From a virus, in the IMG/VR virus record IMGVR_UViG_3300050821_010639, positions 88,047 through 152,046 of that record: DNA of 64,000 nt; one strand, given 5' to 3'. Under the pieces are notes generated by a model. It did no database searches, was not told the origin of the DNA, and worked only from the letters and a program-made list of their open reading frames with translations. A program made the translations under genes and the position numbers. Below are positions 28,113 through 40,505 of the stretch, in pieces (position 1 is the stretch's first letter; every line of letters begins with the position of its first letter).

Positions 28113-29032
28113 CAGCCGATCCCGTACAGTGCGAAGTTGCTGCCGGCCAGGAAGTTGGACCCGGCCGGGGCGGTCAGCGTGACCGCGGTGACGGCGGCCT
28201 GCGCCGCCGGGTTCCAGAAGCCCCAGCGCAGCCGCCCGTCGACCATGGAGGACGTGCCGTTGCCGGCGCCGGACATGGAGTAGACCGACTTGTTGAACGC
28301 GCCGGCCGCGTAGTTGGGCACCCAGGCGAAGCCGCCGCCGGCGTTGACCGGGGCGCCGCCCTGGCTGGCGTTCACCCGGAACGCGGGGATGCCGCTGACC
28401 GCGAACGCGGTGGAGGCGGCCGGGCCGACCAGTGAGCCGGAGGTGTTGGTGGCCGAGACGGTCAGCTGCGAGTAGTGCGCGCCGGCGTCGCCGTTGAAGT
28501 TGAGCGTGATGTCGTCGGCCAGCGCGGTCGTCTCGGTCAGCCGGGCCTGGCACACGATGAGCAGGTGCTCGTAGGTGGCCGGGATGCCGGACCAGGTGAT
28601 GACGTTGGACGCTGAGGTGGCCAGCGTCGTCTCGTTGATGACGGCCGCGGCGTTGCCGCTCCAGGCGCTGGCGGGCAGGCCGTGCACCCCCGAGCCGGAG
28701 CCCATCGCGTAGTGCAGGGCCGCCGTGGTCAGGTCCCCGGCGCTCCAGGTGTGGGCGATGGGGGTACCTGCCACGTGCGCCTTGGCCAGGGTGCCGTCGT
28801 AGGCGCGGGTCACAGTCCACGGGGTCGCTACCGTGCCGGCGCCCGCCGTCACGCTGACCAGCTCGAAGTTGGCGGAGGCCGGCTCCAGGCACAGGGTGAA
28901 CGGGAAGCTGACGGGGTAGCCGACCGGGGCGCCCGAGCCCGCCACCACCGAGGTGCCCGAGGTGTTCAGGTTCCCGCCGCCTGGCACCGCGAGGGTGTCC
29001 GGTACCGCCAGGTTGCTAAGTAATAGCGCCAT
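28112..29032 (-). CDS. Minor tail protein; TTA at codon 4
   Basis: PFTL.LEP...ELV.VTA...TVTRAYDGT.AKAH..G and IPATY.HL motifs typical of actinophage tail proteins. Confidence 0.8.
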   Translation of the reverse strand: MALLLSNLAVPDTLAVPGGGNLNTSGTSVVAGSGAPVGYPVSFPFTLCLEPASANFELVSVTAGAGTVATPWTVTRAYDGTLAKAHVAGTPIAHTWSAGDLTTAALHYAMGSGSGVHGLPASAWSGNAAAVINETTLATSASNVITWSGIPATYEHLLIVCQARLTETTALADDITLNFNGDAGAHYSQLTVSATNTSGSLVGPAASTAFAVSGIPAFRVNASQGGAPVNAGGGFAWVPNYAAGAFNKSVYSMSGAGNGTSSMVDGRLRWGFWNPAAQAAVTAVTLTAPAGSNFLAGSNFALYGIG

Positions 29033-29097
29033 TGGGTCACGACGGTGGCTTCCCCCCTTGGTCCTCTCGGGGACTCTTCGGGGGTGCTATCGGCGGG

Positions 29098-29961
29098 TCA
29101 GACGTACGCGTCCCCCCAGGCGAAGAGCGCGGTACCCGCAGTGACTGAGATCGAGTTGGCCCCCGGCAGCAAAGTCATCCACATCCGGCTGCCGATGTGG
29201 CCCAGGCCGCCGACCACGTTGTTGCCCACGGCGTCGAGCGCGGTGTAGCGCAGCACGTCCACCGTGACCGGCCAGGACTGGACGCCCGCGCCCGTGTGAG
29301 AGAAGGCCACGCCGGCGGTGTTGTTGGTGACCGTACAGGCCTGGGAGACCGCGACGGTAAAAGAGTTGATCGCGGAGGCGAACCCCTCGCCCACCACGCC
29401 CTCGCCGAGCGCGGTAATCGTGCCGCCGCCCGTGCCCACCACCTGCGACCGCTGAGCGGAGTAAAAGTAAGGGTCGCTGAGCAGCAGGTCCACGCTGAAA
29501 GCCGCGTTGGTCCGGCTGTTCATCGTCGGGTCCATGCTGCCGGCGATCTCGGCCATCGCCGTGGAGGTGACCATGGTCGGCGAGCCGCCCTGGGTCAGCC
29601 ACCAGTTGCGCTGCAGCTGGCCTTGCACGCTGCCCTGCGCCCCGCGGGTGAAGAACAGCTGGCGGAGCATCTGGAAGTTGTCGTTGAACGCGCGGCGCGG
29701 GTCGCCCGCCGGGTACGGCTGGCTCGCCGACATCTGGCTGTCGGTCCACATGGTCAGCGTGATGGTGCGCTCGTCCAGGTACTTGCCCCGGAACAGCTGG
29801 CCGGAGCGGTAGGGCACCTCGTAGTCCTGGCCCCGGTTGGTGGGGACGCCGAAGCGGGAGCCGCCGAAAGTGGCCACGTTGTAGTAGCTGGACTGAAGCG
29901 GAATACCGTTCCAGTACCACATTTCCGCTGGCAGGTAAGCAGCTACCGGGGCAGCGACCAT
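29098..29961 (-). CDS. Distal tail (Dit-like) protein
   Basis: Directly after the tape measure; ERTITL, F.VDL...DPYFY, LLPGANSI. Confidence 0.85.
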   Translation of the reverse strand: MVAAPVAAYLPAEMWYWNGIPLQSSYYNVATFGGSRFGVPTNRGQDYEVPYRSGQLFRGKYLDERTITLTMWTDSQMSASQPYPAGDPRRAFNDNFQMLRQLFFTRGAQGSVQGQLQRNWWLTQGGSPTMVTSTAMAEIAGSMDPTMNSRTNAAFSVDLLLSDPYFYSAQRSQVVGTGGGTITALGEGVVGEGFASAINSFTVAVSQACTVTNNTAGVAFSHTGAGVQSWPVTVDVLRYTALDAVGNNVVGGLGHIGSRMWMTLLPGANSISVTAGTALFAWGDAYV

Positions 29962-32900
29962 AAGATCATGCCTCGCCCTCCGAGGAACGCAAGCCTGTTG
30001 GACGTCCGGGTAATCGAGTCCTCGGTAGCGGCAGGCCGCGGGTTGTTGATGGTCAGGGCGTCCACGTGCAGCCCCACCCGGGTGCTGGCCGCCCCGTCCG
30101 CCATGGTGCGCGGCATCTCCCTGGAGGCCGACGCCGACAGCTGGCGCGAGAGGGTAGCCGACATGCCGGGCACGAACAGGCTGGGCACCAGGCCGCCGGC
30201 CGCCATGCCGCCGCTGAACATCCCGGCCACGCCGGCCAGCCCCGGGACCTCGCCGCCGCCCGCCAGGCCGAAGCCCATGTTCCCGACCGCGGGCGCGGCC
30301 GGGCCGCCGACGATGAGCTTGTTCAGGTCGATGAGCGTGCCGCCGCCGGTCCCGCCCGGCCCGGAGGGGGCCCCTGGCGTGCCGGCCCCCCCTGTCCCGC
30401 CCCCGCTGCCACCGGAACCCGGAGCCGGGGTGAGCGTGGTGCCCCAGATGCCGTGCCACGCGTTGTAGGCGTCCACCACGTCTGCCTGGAACTTAGCCAG
30501 GTTCGACTGGATCGGGCTGTAGAGGGCCGGCTCCCTGGACTGGGCCAGCGTGGCCACGTCCATCGCCGCCTGCCAGCGGCGCACCGAGCTGTTGGCGGTC
30601 GACCACATCGCCGGGGTCAGCTCCTGCGGGTTCGTCTTCAGGTCGGTGAACAGCGGCGCGATGTAGCTGCCCGCCACCGACACCCGGTTCTCGATCGCCG
30701 CCCTCGTCGCCAGCCAGGACTTCCAGTCGGCGGCCGACACCCCGGCCGGCTGCCGGGTCCAGGCGTTCAGTGACTTCCACGGCTGCAGCGCGCCCTCCCA
30801 GTCCGGGTACAGCCGGGCCGCCTCGGCCTGGTAGGCGGCCACGTCGCCGGACGGGGCGGCTGACAGGCTCTGCCCGGGGGCCGGGGCGAGCATGTTCTGC
30901 ACGGCGGTCCACGCGTCGGTCAGCCGGCCGGTGGCCGGGGTGCTCCAGTGCGTGCCGAGCGTGGTCGACGCCATCGCCGCCGCGTTGAGCGCGGCGTTCG
31001 CCGGGGTGTTCTTCCACGCCGACGCGGAAGAGCCCAGTACGCCCTTGGCGTAGGCCGGCTCCACCAGCCGGGCCGCCGTGACAGGGTCCTGGGCCTGCGC
31101 CTGGGTGAGGCCCTTGTGCTTGGCCAGGCTGAGGAGCCACGCGCCGTACTCGCCGTAGGAGGGGGCCGACCCGGCCGCGTTCTGCGCGGTCAGCAGGTAC
31201 GAGCCGAGCGCCATCGCCTCGCGCGTGTCGGCGTTGGGGGTGGTCGCCAGGATGGCGGTCATCACCGGGCCGCCGCCCGCGTACCAGTGGTAGGCCTCCT
31301 CGTGCGCGAGCGCGCCTGCCGGGGTGCCGTAGCGCTGGGCCACGTAGTTGAGGAACGCGGTCACCTGGCCCGCAGCGGTACCCGCGTTCCCCCCGTACTG
31401 GGCGTACTCGCTAGGCCCGTCAATGAACTGGGCAATGCCGTAGGCGTCCGACGTGGGGTTCTGCGCGTTGAGGTTCCAGCCGGCCTCGTCCATCTCGACC
31501 GCGTTCAGGTCGTCCCACAGCGCCCCGGTCCAGCCGCGCGCGGCTGCCATCGCCTTGGCCAGGGCCTGCACCTGCCCCGCCGACCCGCCGACCGCGTTCG
31601 CTGCCGTGGCCCCCGCGGTCTTCGCGACCGACGCGGTGGCCGCCGCGGTCTGGGCGGTCATCCAGGTGGCGACGCCGTTGTGGATGTCCTGCAGCCAGGC
31701 GGCGCCCATGTCGCCCGGCGTGCCGAGCGCCTCCAGCGCCTTCTCGGCAGGCACCCCGGCGGCCGACCACATCGCGTTGAAGACGGCCTGCTCACCGAAC
31801 GAGGCCACGTCCTTGGCCGCGCCGGCGATGCCGTCCCAGGCAGCCGACGCCGCGCCCTTCACCCCGGTGACCGCGTCACCTAGCCAGTTGGTGATGTTCC
31901 CGATGACGCCGCCACTGGCGTACCGGCCGTGCCCGGTGCCCCGCTGGGAGGCCGCGTTGCCGCGCGAGCCCGAGCCCAGCCAGGTGTCCGCCTGGTTGAG
32001 CTGGTCCATCACGTCCGGGCCGTAGGCGGCCTGCAGCGCCATCCGGGCGGGCTTGCGGACCATGAACTCGCCGCCCACGGCGACGATGTGCGTGCCGTCC
32101 TCGTCGCCGGTGCCGGGCACCGAGCCGGACACCGCGTGCACCGGGCCGCCGCCGGCCAGCTTGGAGATGGTGCCGATGTGCACGCCGACGATCGACGTCA
32201 CCGAGTTGATCCACCCGATGACCGTGTTCAGCCCGTCGATGACGTGGTCAATCCCGCCCTTGAGGGAGTTCCACATGGCGTTCGGCAGGGTGGAGGTGAA
32301 GAAGTTCTCGATCGGGGTCAGCACGTCCCGGCTGAACGCCGACCAGGTGTTGGACCAGGCCCTGGTGGCCGCCGCCGTGAAGCTGTCCCACCACTTGGGC
32401 ACGTCGCCGGTGAAGAAGTTCTGCAGCGGGGCGAGCACCGTCTTGCTGAATCCGGACCAGACCGCGCTCCACGCCTTGGTGGCGTCCGTGGCCAGGCTGT
32501 TCCACCAGCTAGGGATGCTGCCGGTGAAGAACTTCTGCAGCGGGGCGAGCACCGTGGTGTCGAACGACTTGACGTTGGCGTTCCACAGGTTCACCCACCA
32601 GCGGCTGACGGAGTTGAACCAGCCGGGCACCGTGCCGGTGAAGAACTTGCCCAGCGGCTGCGCCACGTTGGCGTTGAACTGGGCGGCGGCAGGCCCGAAC
32701 CAGATGTGCCACAGCTGGACCGCCAGCGCGGCGATGGCCTGGAACGTGGTACCGAAAAACGCCTTCAGGGCATTGAAAACCTGGATGCCCCACGACTGGA
32801 TGTCAATCCAGGCCTGGTGCCAGTGGCCGGTCACCACGTCGAGCGCCACGGAGATGATCGCGACCACCGTGTCCCAGGTGATCTTGGCTATCGCGACCAC

Positions 32901-35900
32901 GGTGGCCCACGCGCCCTTGAACGCGAAAGACAGGATGTCAGCAGCGGACTTCGCAGCCTTTTCGACAAATCCGAAAAAGACTTCGGCTCCGAACTGAATC
33001 GTGGACCAGACAGCGGAGCCGGAGACCTTCAGCCACTGCCAGGCCTGCGCCCCGGATTCCCGCAGGCCCTTCCAGACGTAGCCCCAGGCCGAGGACCCGG
33101 CCGAGGACAGGAAGCCCCACGTCGCGGAGCCGGAGACCTTCAGCCACTGCCAGGCCTGTGCCCCGGCCTCCTGGAGCCCCTTCCACACGTCCCGGGTAAA
33201 GCTGTTGTCGGCTGCGGCCTGCATGACGTGCCAGAAGCCGGTGCCGGTGTCCTTGATGAAATCGAACGCCTTGACCGCAGCCCCGCTGATTTCGCCCCAG
33301 ACGGTATCCCAGGTCGCCATGAGCGCCTGGCCGTGGGTGGCCCACCAGGGGTCGAAGTTGGAGGCGACCCAGCTGGTCACGTCACCGAACCCGCGTACCA
33401 CCGGCGCCGCCACGTCGCGCCAGGTGTTGTTCCAGGCCGTGCCGAAAGCGTGCGGAACCGACTGGGTGAACCAGTCGAACATGCCGTCCCAGGCTGCCTC
33501 GAAGGTCCTCGCTACCGGGCCCCACACAGCGCCGAACCCGTGCGGCACCGACTGGGTGAACCAGTTGACCGCCCCGTCCCACGCGGACTCCACGGCGTGG
33601 ACGGAGACCTTCGCCGCCTCCGGCAGGTCGTGCACGAAGAACTGGCCGATCGCGTGGTTCATGATCTCCAGGCCGCGCTGTACCTGGGGAATCCACGCGA
33701 GGAACGTCAGCTCGTAGAACGTGCCGTCTTTGAAGGACTTGAGCAGCGTGTCGACCTCGCCCGGCTTGACCAGGTTCGCCGTAGAGCTGGCCGTTGCCGC
33801 CAGCTGGCCGCGCAGCTTGCTCAGGCTCGCGTTGTCAAGGTCGGAGACATCGCCCTTGGTGGCCTTGAGCTTGTCCTGCAGGGCCTTAAGCTCCAGGTCC
33901 TTGATCTCCGTCTCGACCTGGAGCTTCTTCTTCCCGGTCAGGCCCGGCAGCTCGGCCTTGAGCTTGTCCGCCTTCTGGAGTGCCTGGACCGCGTCCAGCT
34001 CGTAAGTGGTCTTGACGCTCTTCGGGAGCGCGGTGACCTGGACCCACAGCGCGTTCGCCTGCTTGGCGCTCAGCCCCATCGCCTCGCCGAAGCCCACGAA
34101 GTTGGCCTTGGCGCTCGCGCTGCTGCCGGAGACCGCGAGCAGCTCAGCGGCCACGTTGTGCGCCGCCGCCGCGGTAGCGGCGCTGGACGGGCCGGACTTG
34201 GCCAGCGCGTCGGCGAACGTGTTGAAGACCGCCTGCCCGCCGTGGGCATTGAAGATGGCGGCGGCCATCGCCGGGTTGAGCAGGCTCTGCAGGGTGTTAG
34301 TCAGCCGGGCCGCGTCCTGGCTCAGGTTGGAGGCCCCGATGGCAGCGTCGCTGCTGGCCTTGTACAGGGCCTGCAGCGGGTCGACGGCGTTGCCCACCCA
34401 CTGCTGCAGAACCTTGATGTTGTCGGTGGCCGGGCCGCCCGCCTCCTGGGCAAGGGCGGAGATCTGGGCCGCGGCCTCCTTGCTGCCGCCGGCCATGGGG
34501 ATGAGGGTGGCGACCGCGTTCTTGACGAACGCCGTGAAGTTGCCGCCGCCGGCCAGCGCCTGGGTGTTACGGAACGCGTCGAACAGCTGCTCGACGTTGT
34601 TGTAGTTGGACTGGAAGTCGTTCTGCAGGGTGATGCTGGGCCCGCTCAGCCCGGTCATCGCCGCGCCCGCCTTGGCGGCGTCGGAGTTGAACCCGGCGAT
34701 GCTCTGCGCCAGGGTGAGGACGGCGGACGGGCCGCCGGCCACCGTCTTGGTGAAGGTGTCGTAGGCGGTGTTCAGCTTGCCCATCGAGGCGACTTGCGCG
34801 GAGTTCTCCAGGTTCAGCGCGTTCAGGTCGGAGCCGATGGCCCCCAGCTGCTGGCCCATCGCCTGGTACCCGGCGATGAGCCCCTTCACCTGCTGCTCAG
34901 CGGTCGCCCAGACGCTGGCCTGGTTGCTGAACAACTGGTTGGTGGTGACCCCGGCCGCGTTCAGCAGGCTCAGCGCGCCGACGAAGTTCGTCCCGTAGGC
35001 CTTGGAGACGTCGCCGACGTGGGTCAGCTCCTCCTGGAGCTTGCCGGACAGGTCCGACTGAGACGCGGCCAGCTCAGAGGCGTTGCCGACGCCGGTCTGC
35101 TGGGCCTTGTTGAGGGTGGTGGTGACCTCGGCCAGGTTGGACACGGTGGTGGAGACCACCGTGAGCAGCGACGCCTTCTGAACGGCAGCGCCCATGGCAT
35201 CGGTGAACTGCTTGGTCTGGTCGGCCCGGGTGCCCAGGTAGACGCCGACGGCGATGAGCGCGGCGCCCAGCAGGCCGAGGTCCACGTAGACGTTGGACAG
35301 CACCGGGGCAAGGCCGCCGAGCATGGCCAGCAGCCCGCCCCCGCCGCCGACCGCCTCGGCAGCGCCCTCAGCGCCGGCACCCAGTTCTTCAGCCCCGGTC
35401 GCCGCGCCGCCCAGCTTCTCGGCCATCCCGGCCAGCTGGGTGTCGCTCGCGCCGGCGGCGATGCCCAGGGCGACCGACTTCTTGCCCGCGTCGTCCAGGC
35501 CCTCGCTGAACCTCTCCAGCCGGGCCGCCGAGGTGGTGCCGGCCCCGGCCACGAAGTCTTCGACGCTCTGCCCGGTGGCCTTGATGGAGACGGCGAGCTG
35601 GGCCAGCTCCTCCTCGCTGGCCTTGGCCCCGAGCGCGTCGGAAACCGCCCCGACCTCGGCGCTGCTCCTGGTGATGTTGACCAGCTGGGTGTTGGTCGCG
35701 CCCAGCGCGCGGGCCACCGCCTCCGCCCCGGCGTTGAGGGCGGGGAACTTGCCGAGGAGCCCGGCCAGCCCGATGACCACCTTGCCCACCACGTCGGCGG
35801 CGAGCCCGCCCCACAGCACGATGGCGTGCAGCCCGAGGCCGGCGGCCAGCAGCGGGGTGGGGGTGACCTTAACGATGTCGGCAGCGATCTTGAGGATGAA

Positions 35901-38769
35901 GTCACCGATGACGGCCAGGTCCTCGGCCACGTGCGTGAGGGCCGTGGCCTGGATGAACTTGGCGACGATGACGCCCAGGGAGTCGAACCCCTGGCCGATG
36001 AGCGCGAGGTCCCTGGCGCCGACCGCCAGGAAATTCTGCAGCCCGCCTCCGCCGCCTTGCAGGGCGACGACGACCTTGGCGGCGAACCTGTCCAGGTAAC
36101 TGCCGGTCTGGTTGATGAGCTGGCCGAGGACGCCGGTCTTGTTGCCCGCCGCGGTCAGGTAGTCACCGAGCAGCTCGTAGACCTGCGGGCGGACCGCGTT
36201 CTCCAGCTTCTGGAAGTTGCTGGTCAGCGGCGGGATCGTGGTGTTAAGGGCATTGCCGACCGTGCTCAGGCTCTGCCACTGCTGGAAGATCTCCTTGAAC
36301 GACTGGTAGCCGGCCGCGCCGAACGCGATGAGCCCGGCCCCTGCCGTGACCAGGGCGGGCACCCACAGGGCCAGCACCTCGACAACGCTGTCCAGCAGGA
36401 TGTGCCAGAGGGCTACCTGGCCGATCATGTGCGTGTCGCCCAGCAGGCCCGACCACAACTGGACCTGCGTCCGCAGCAGGCCGATGCGCCAGCCCATGTT
36501 GACGGCGGCGTCGCTGTCGGCCTTCATCGCGGCGGCGGCCTTGGCCGCCGGGTCGGCCAGCCCGCCGAGCCCGGCCTTGACGTCGTACAGGGCGCGGCCG
36601 GCATCGGTCGCGGACTGGTCCGCGTCGCGCATCGCCTGGGCGATCTGCTCCCACGCGCGCGACTCGTCCGGGTCGGGCACGTCACCGCCGGGGTCGCCCG
36701 GAGGCGGCCCCCCGCCACCGCCGCCGCCGGAGGCGCCGCCCATGCCGGCGGTGACGCGGTTCTCCGCCGCGCGTGCCTCTTCCAGCTCGCGGACCCAGCT
36801 GGCCAGCTCCGCCTTGGCCGCGTCGTCACCGAAGCTGGCGTAGAACTCGTACTTGCGCTGGACCGCCTCGATGAGCGCGCTCATCCACCGGGACAGCCCG
36901 CTCTCGGCGCCGGTGTCCTCGAAGTCGGCGCGGGTGCCCACCTCGCGCTCAATGTCCTGGATGTCGCGGCTGTAGTCGCGGACCTCCTCCGACGCGCCGC
37001 TGGAGTCAACCACCAGGATGGTGTCCACCTCGTGCGGGATGTCGCGCAGGCCCTCGTCCAGCCCCTCGGCTGCCATCCGGGCCTGCTCGACCTCCTCGAA
37101 GTCGACCCCGAGCCGGGCCTGCGCGTGCTCGTTCAGGTGCGCCAGCTCGCTGGCCAGCAGCTGGGCCTCGGTAACCCCCTGCACGAGGCTGCCGTCCTCG
37201 ATCTCCGGGCGGGCCGGGTGGTCGTCCAGCCACTCCATCTCAACGGCGATCTTGTCCAGCACCTGCTCGGCTGCCGTGCCGCCCTGGACAGCTACCTTCT
37301 CAGTGGCCGTGCCGCCCTGCATGTACTTGCTCAGGCCGGACCACAGCTCCTCTTCCTCCGCCGGGCGGGCGACGACCTGCATGGGCGCGGGCACCGGGTA
37401 GCCGCGCGGGGCGTCGGAGATGACCCCCTCGCGCAGCGCCCCCGCGACGTCCTGCAGCCCGTAGAGGTCGGCGAGGTTCTGGTTGCGCTGCCCGGGAGTG
37501 ACAGGAGCTGCCCGCTTGCCCCGGCCGCCGCGCTGCGGGACGAACCGGGCGCCGGCCTCCGACAGCAGCTGCTCGGCCGCGGCGAGCCGCCCCAGGCCCT
37601 GCTCCAGCGCGCGGGCGTCAACCGCGGCGAGCGCGAGCGAGTCCTGGAACTTGGCGATGGCGTCGGCGGAGACCGCGGTCTTGTCATTCAGCAGCGCCAT
37701 CGAGCCCGCGAGCGCGCCGGTGCCGTCGGACGCGGCGGACAGCGCCTCTCCCGACAGGGGGCCTGGTCCTGACCCGGTGACGGCCAGCGGGGCGCGCAGC
37801 GCCTCCGGGCGGGCTCCGGCGACCGCCTGGGACAGCGCGCGGTTGACCGCCGCGTAGTCGATGTCCGGCCGCACGGAGACCGGCACCGTGGCGTGCTGCG
37901 GCGTGAGCGGGACACCGCCGAGGCGCGAGGCCACCGACACGATGTCCACCCGCTCGGAGCCCGGCAGCCCGAGTAGCGCCGCCCGGTAGGCGGCGAGCTG
38001 CGACATCGCCTGGCCGTCATCGAGCACCGCCTTGGTGACCACCGTGTCCGGCAGCCCGACCAGCGCCGCGCTGTAGGCGTTGAGCGCGCCCAGCCCCTCG
38101 CCGAGGCTGCCCGCCGTGGCGTGCGTGCCCTGCAGCGCGTTGGCGTGCGCGAGCAGCAGCTGGGTCTCGGCGCTGATGGCCGCGCTGCGGTCGCGGATAG
38201 CCGCCGACAGCGAGGCGGTCTGCATGGTCTCGCGCTGCAGGAAGCCCAGGTACTGGTCAGCGGTCTGGTAGCCGGCGAAGTGCGCCCGGTTCTCCAGCAG
38301 GGCGAGGTTGTACATCTGCTGGCGGTAGGACATGGCCTGCTGGACCGAGGAGAAGCCGAGCCAGTGCTGCCGGTTGAGCAGGGTGGTGTAGTTCAGCTCC
38401 TGACTCAGGTCACTCAGGTGCTGGGTCATGTCGTTCCGGCCGCCGTACAGCAGCTGGGTGTTAGTCGACTTGGCCGACTGGGCCAGCTGGGACAGGGCCG
38501 TCGTCTGCTGCTGGATGGCCTGGACGTCCCTGGCCCGCGCGGCAGCCGCCTGGGTAGAGCCCGTCACCTCGGCCGCGGTCTCCGCCTTGACCGCGTCCGA
38601 CATGCCCTGCAGCGCGGCCTTGGCCTCGGCCGCATCCCGCATCAGGCTGCCGAAGTCACCTGAATGTTAAACCGATCGCTTTGTAAATTACGTACCAAAG
38701 CGATCTAACCAATATTCTGGTCCCTCATAAGCCACAGCTGCGGCTCAGAGGCTCAGAATAAGGCGTCAT
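29943..38769 (-). CDS. Tape measure protein with C-terminal lytic transglycosylase-like domain; 5' end split by TTA inserts (contiguous ORF 38642-29943)
   Basis: ~2900 aa Ala/Gly-rich, Trp/Phe periodic repeats, EAGWNLNAQNPTSDAYGIAQF; follows the chaperone. Confidence 0.95.
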
Positions 38770-39489
38770 GAGCACCACCCCCTTCCGCATGAAGGGGCGC
38801 GAGCCCAGGTAATCAGGGAACCGCCAGGCCTGCCCGGTCTTTTCAGCCAGCCCGACCATCTGGTTGCAGGCATGGCACAACAGCCCGCGAATGCACTTCT
38901 TGCAGCAGTGCGTCTGCCCGGACTTCTTGGGCGGGCAGCAATTGTGGTCGTGGTCTACACAGAGGTACACGACACCCTTGCGAGTCTCCGGGCCGCCGTG
39001 AAGGGCGCACACGCCACCCTGCTGTGCTAGCAGCCAGGCGTACTCCTCCTGCGTGATGCCCATGCGCTTGAGCGCCCAGGCCCGGTACTCGCCGTTCCGC
39101 CGGCCTTTACGCGGCTCGCTCCAGCACTCGGTGCACCGCGACATACGCCCGCCTGGCTGTGTCGGCTTGCTCAGGTGGTACTGCTCCCAGGGCTTGTACT
39201 TGCCGCAGCTAGAGCACTCGCGCCCGTCAGGATCAATGCGGAACCCAGTGCCTCGATGACGCTCGGGGACATACGCGGGAGTTGGTCGTGCATAAGTCCC
39301 TGGCTTGCGCCGGGGAATGCCGAACTTGTCCAGCCGGTACCAGACGGCGGCCTGAGAGCAGCCGATCTCAGCAGCGATGTCCGGTGTAGACCTGGCCTGA
39401 CTGACGTACTGCTCGTGAAGCCAAGCCTTGTCGGCGAGCAGTGAGAGATTACGTTCCATGCTCTCTACTACGTGCAAAGCTCTAGCCAT
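38725..39489 (-). CDS. Endonuclease VII-like (HNH) homing-type endonuclease with N-terminal HTH
   Basis: GITQEEY..LL..QGGVCA...LCVDHDH.CC...IRGLLCHACN..VG; inserted between chaperone and tape measure. Confidence 0.9.
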   Translation of the reverse strand: MARALHVVESMERNLSLLADKAWLHEQYVSQARSTPDIAAEIGCSQAAVWYRLDKFGIPRRKPGTYARPTPAYVPERHRGTGFRIDPDGRECSSCGKYKPWEQYHLSKPTQPGGRMSRCTECWSEPRKGRRNGEYRAWALKRMGITQEEYAWLLAQQGGVCALHGGPETRKGVVYLCVDHDHNCCPPKKSGQTHCCKKCIRGLLCHACNQMVGLAEKTGQAWRFPDYLGSRPFMRKGVVLMTPYSEPLSRSCGL

Positions 39490-39492
39490 CTC

Positions 39493-40505
39493 TCACCCTC
39501 CCCTCCCCGGCATCGGCGGCGGACCTCCCATAAGGCTTAGGAAGGCTTCATAGCTTCCGGCCCCGTTGTCCGCCTCCACCCCGGCGTCAGGGTTGGCGGC
39601 TACCTTGCCGAAGCGCGGGTCGTCCTCCACCCGGTCAGCGACCTTGGGGCCGCGGATGCGGTCAAGCTCCTGCTCCTCGGGGCTCTTGCCGCCGAAGATG
39701 TCGATGGACTGTGCCATCTCAACCAGCGGGTTCCTGCCGCCGGTCTTCGACGTGTCCACCATCGCCTGCGCCCCGATGAACTGGCACACCATCTTCACCT
39801 GCCACTCAGCCAGCCTCAGCCGGGCCTTGTTCTCCCGGCCGCGCCGCGACTCCGCCGCCTCCAGGCACTGCCGGACCCGGCACAGCGGGAGGCCTAGGAC
39901 GTACTCGTCGGTCCACCCGTACTCGTGGCTGAGGACGTCGAACGCCGCCGCGAACGCGCCGGCGAGTTGAGGTCCCGCACCGTCGCCTCCGGCTCCGGCG
40001 GCTCCTTGTCCTGGCCCGTCTTGCGGAACAGGTCCAGGGTCCGCTGAAGCTTTTTTCCCAGGGCCTGCAGCTCCGGGGCCTCCCGGCGGATGATGTCCTC
40101 AATCAGGTCGAGGGTGTCGCCCAGCTCAGGGTTGTGCAGTTCCTCGTTGAACCGCGTCCACAGCGCCTGGTTGGCCTCGGTCTCCTGCTTGGTGAGCTGC
40201 GAGGCGGGCTTGTCCACGATGCCGGCTGGCCGGGTCATCGACGCCAGGAAGCCGATGGCCTCCTGCTCGGCGTCAGGAATCGACATGATGACCAGCATGA
40301 GCAGCTTCTGGCCGAACACCTCCGACCCGGCCGCGAAGTCGAGCCCGCTCTGGGCCAGCGCCGGGCCCGCCCCGTGGGTGAGCACGCGCAGCAGGCGGAA
40401 GAACTGGCGGGTCTGCATCCGCACCACTTCGACCTCGAAGCCGGTGGACAGCTTGCGGGCCTCAGGCTGCGGGTCGATGCGGTCAAGCTCGGAGTCGTCC
40501 GGCAT
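39493..40505 (-). CDS. Tail assembly chaperone G (40505-39894) and GT via a -1 frameshift at GGGAAAA (40059-40053)
   Basis: CTG GGA AAA AAG slippery site; the -1 frame is open to 39493 (AFDVLSHEYGWTDEYVLGLPL...). Confidence 0.9.

Noticed and set aside
31929-37772. 1947-aa plus-strand ORF and other long overlapping ORFs (e.g. 21926-25666, 13604-15244)
   Set aside because: Antisense or off-frame shadows of high-GC genes with Arg/Gly/Pro-rich, motif-free translations.
38725-39489. Nucleases as group I intron or intein ORFs
   Set aside because: They lie between genes rather than within a split exon pair; no ribozyme core or intein motifs were seen, and the inserts are far too short to self-splice.
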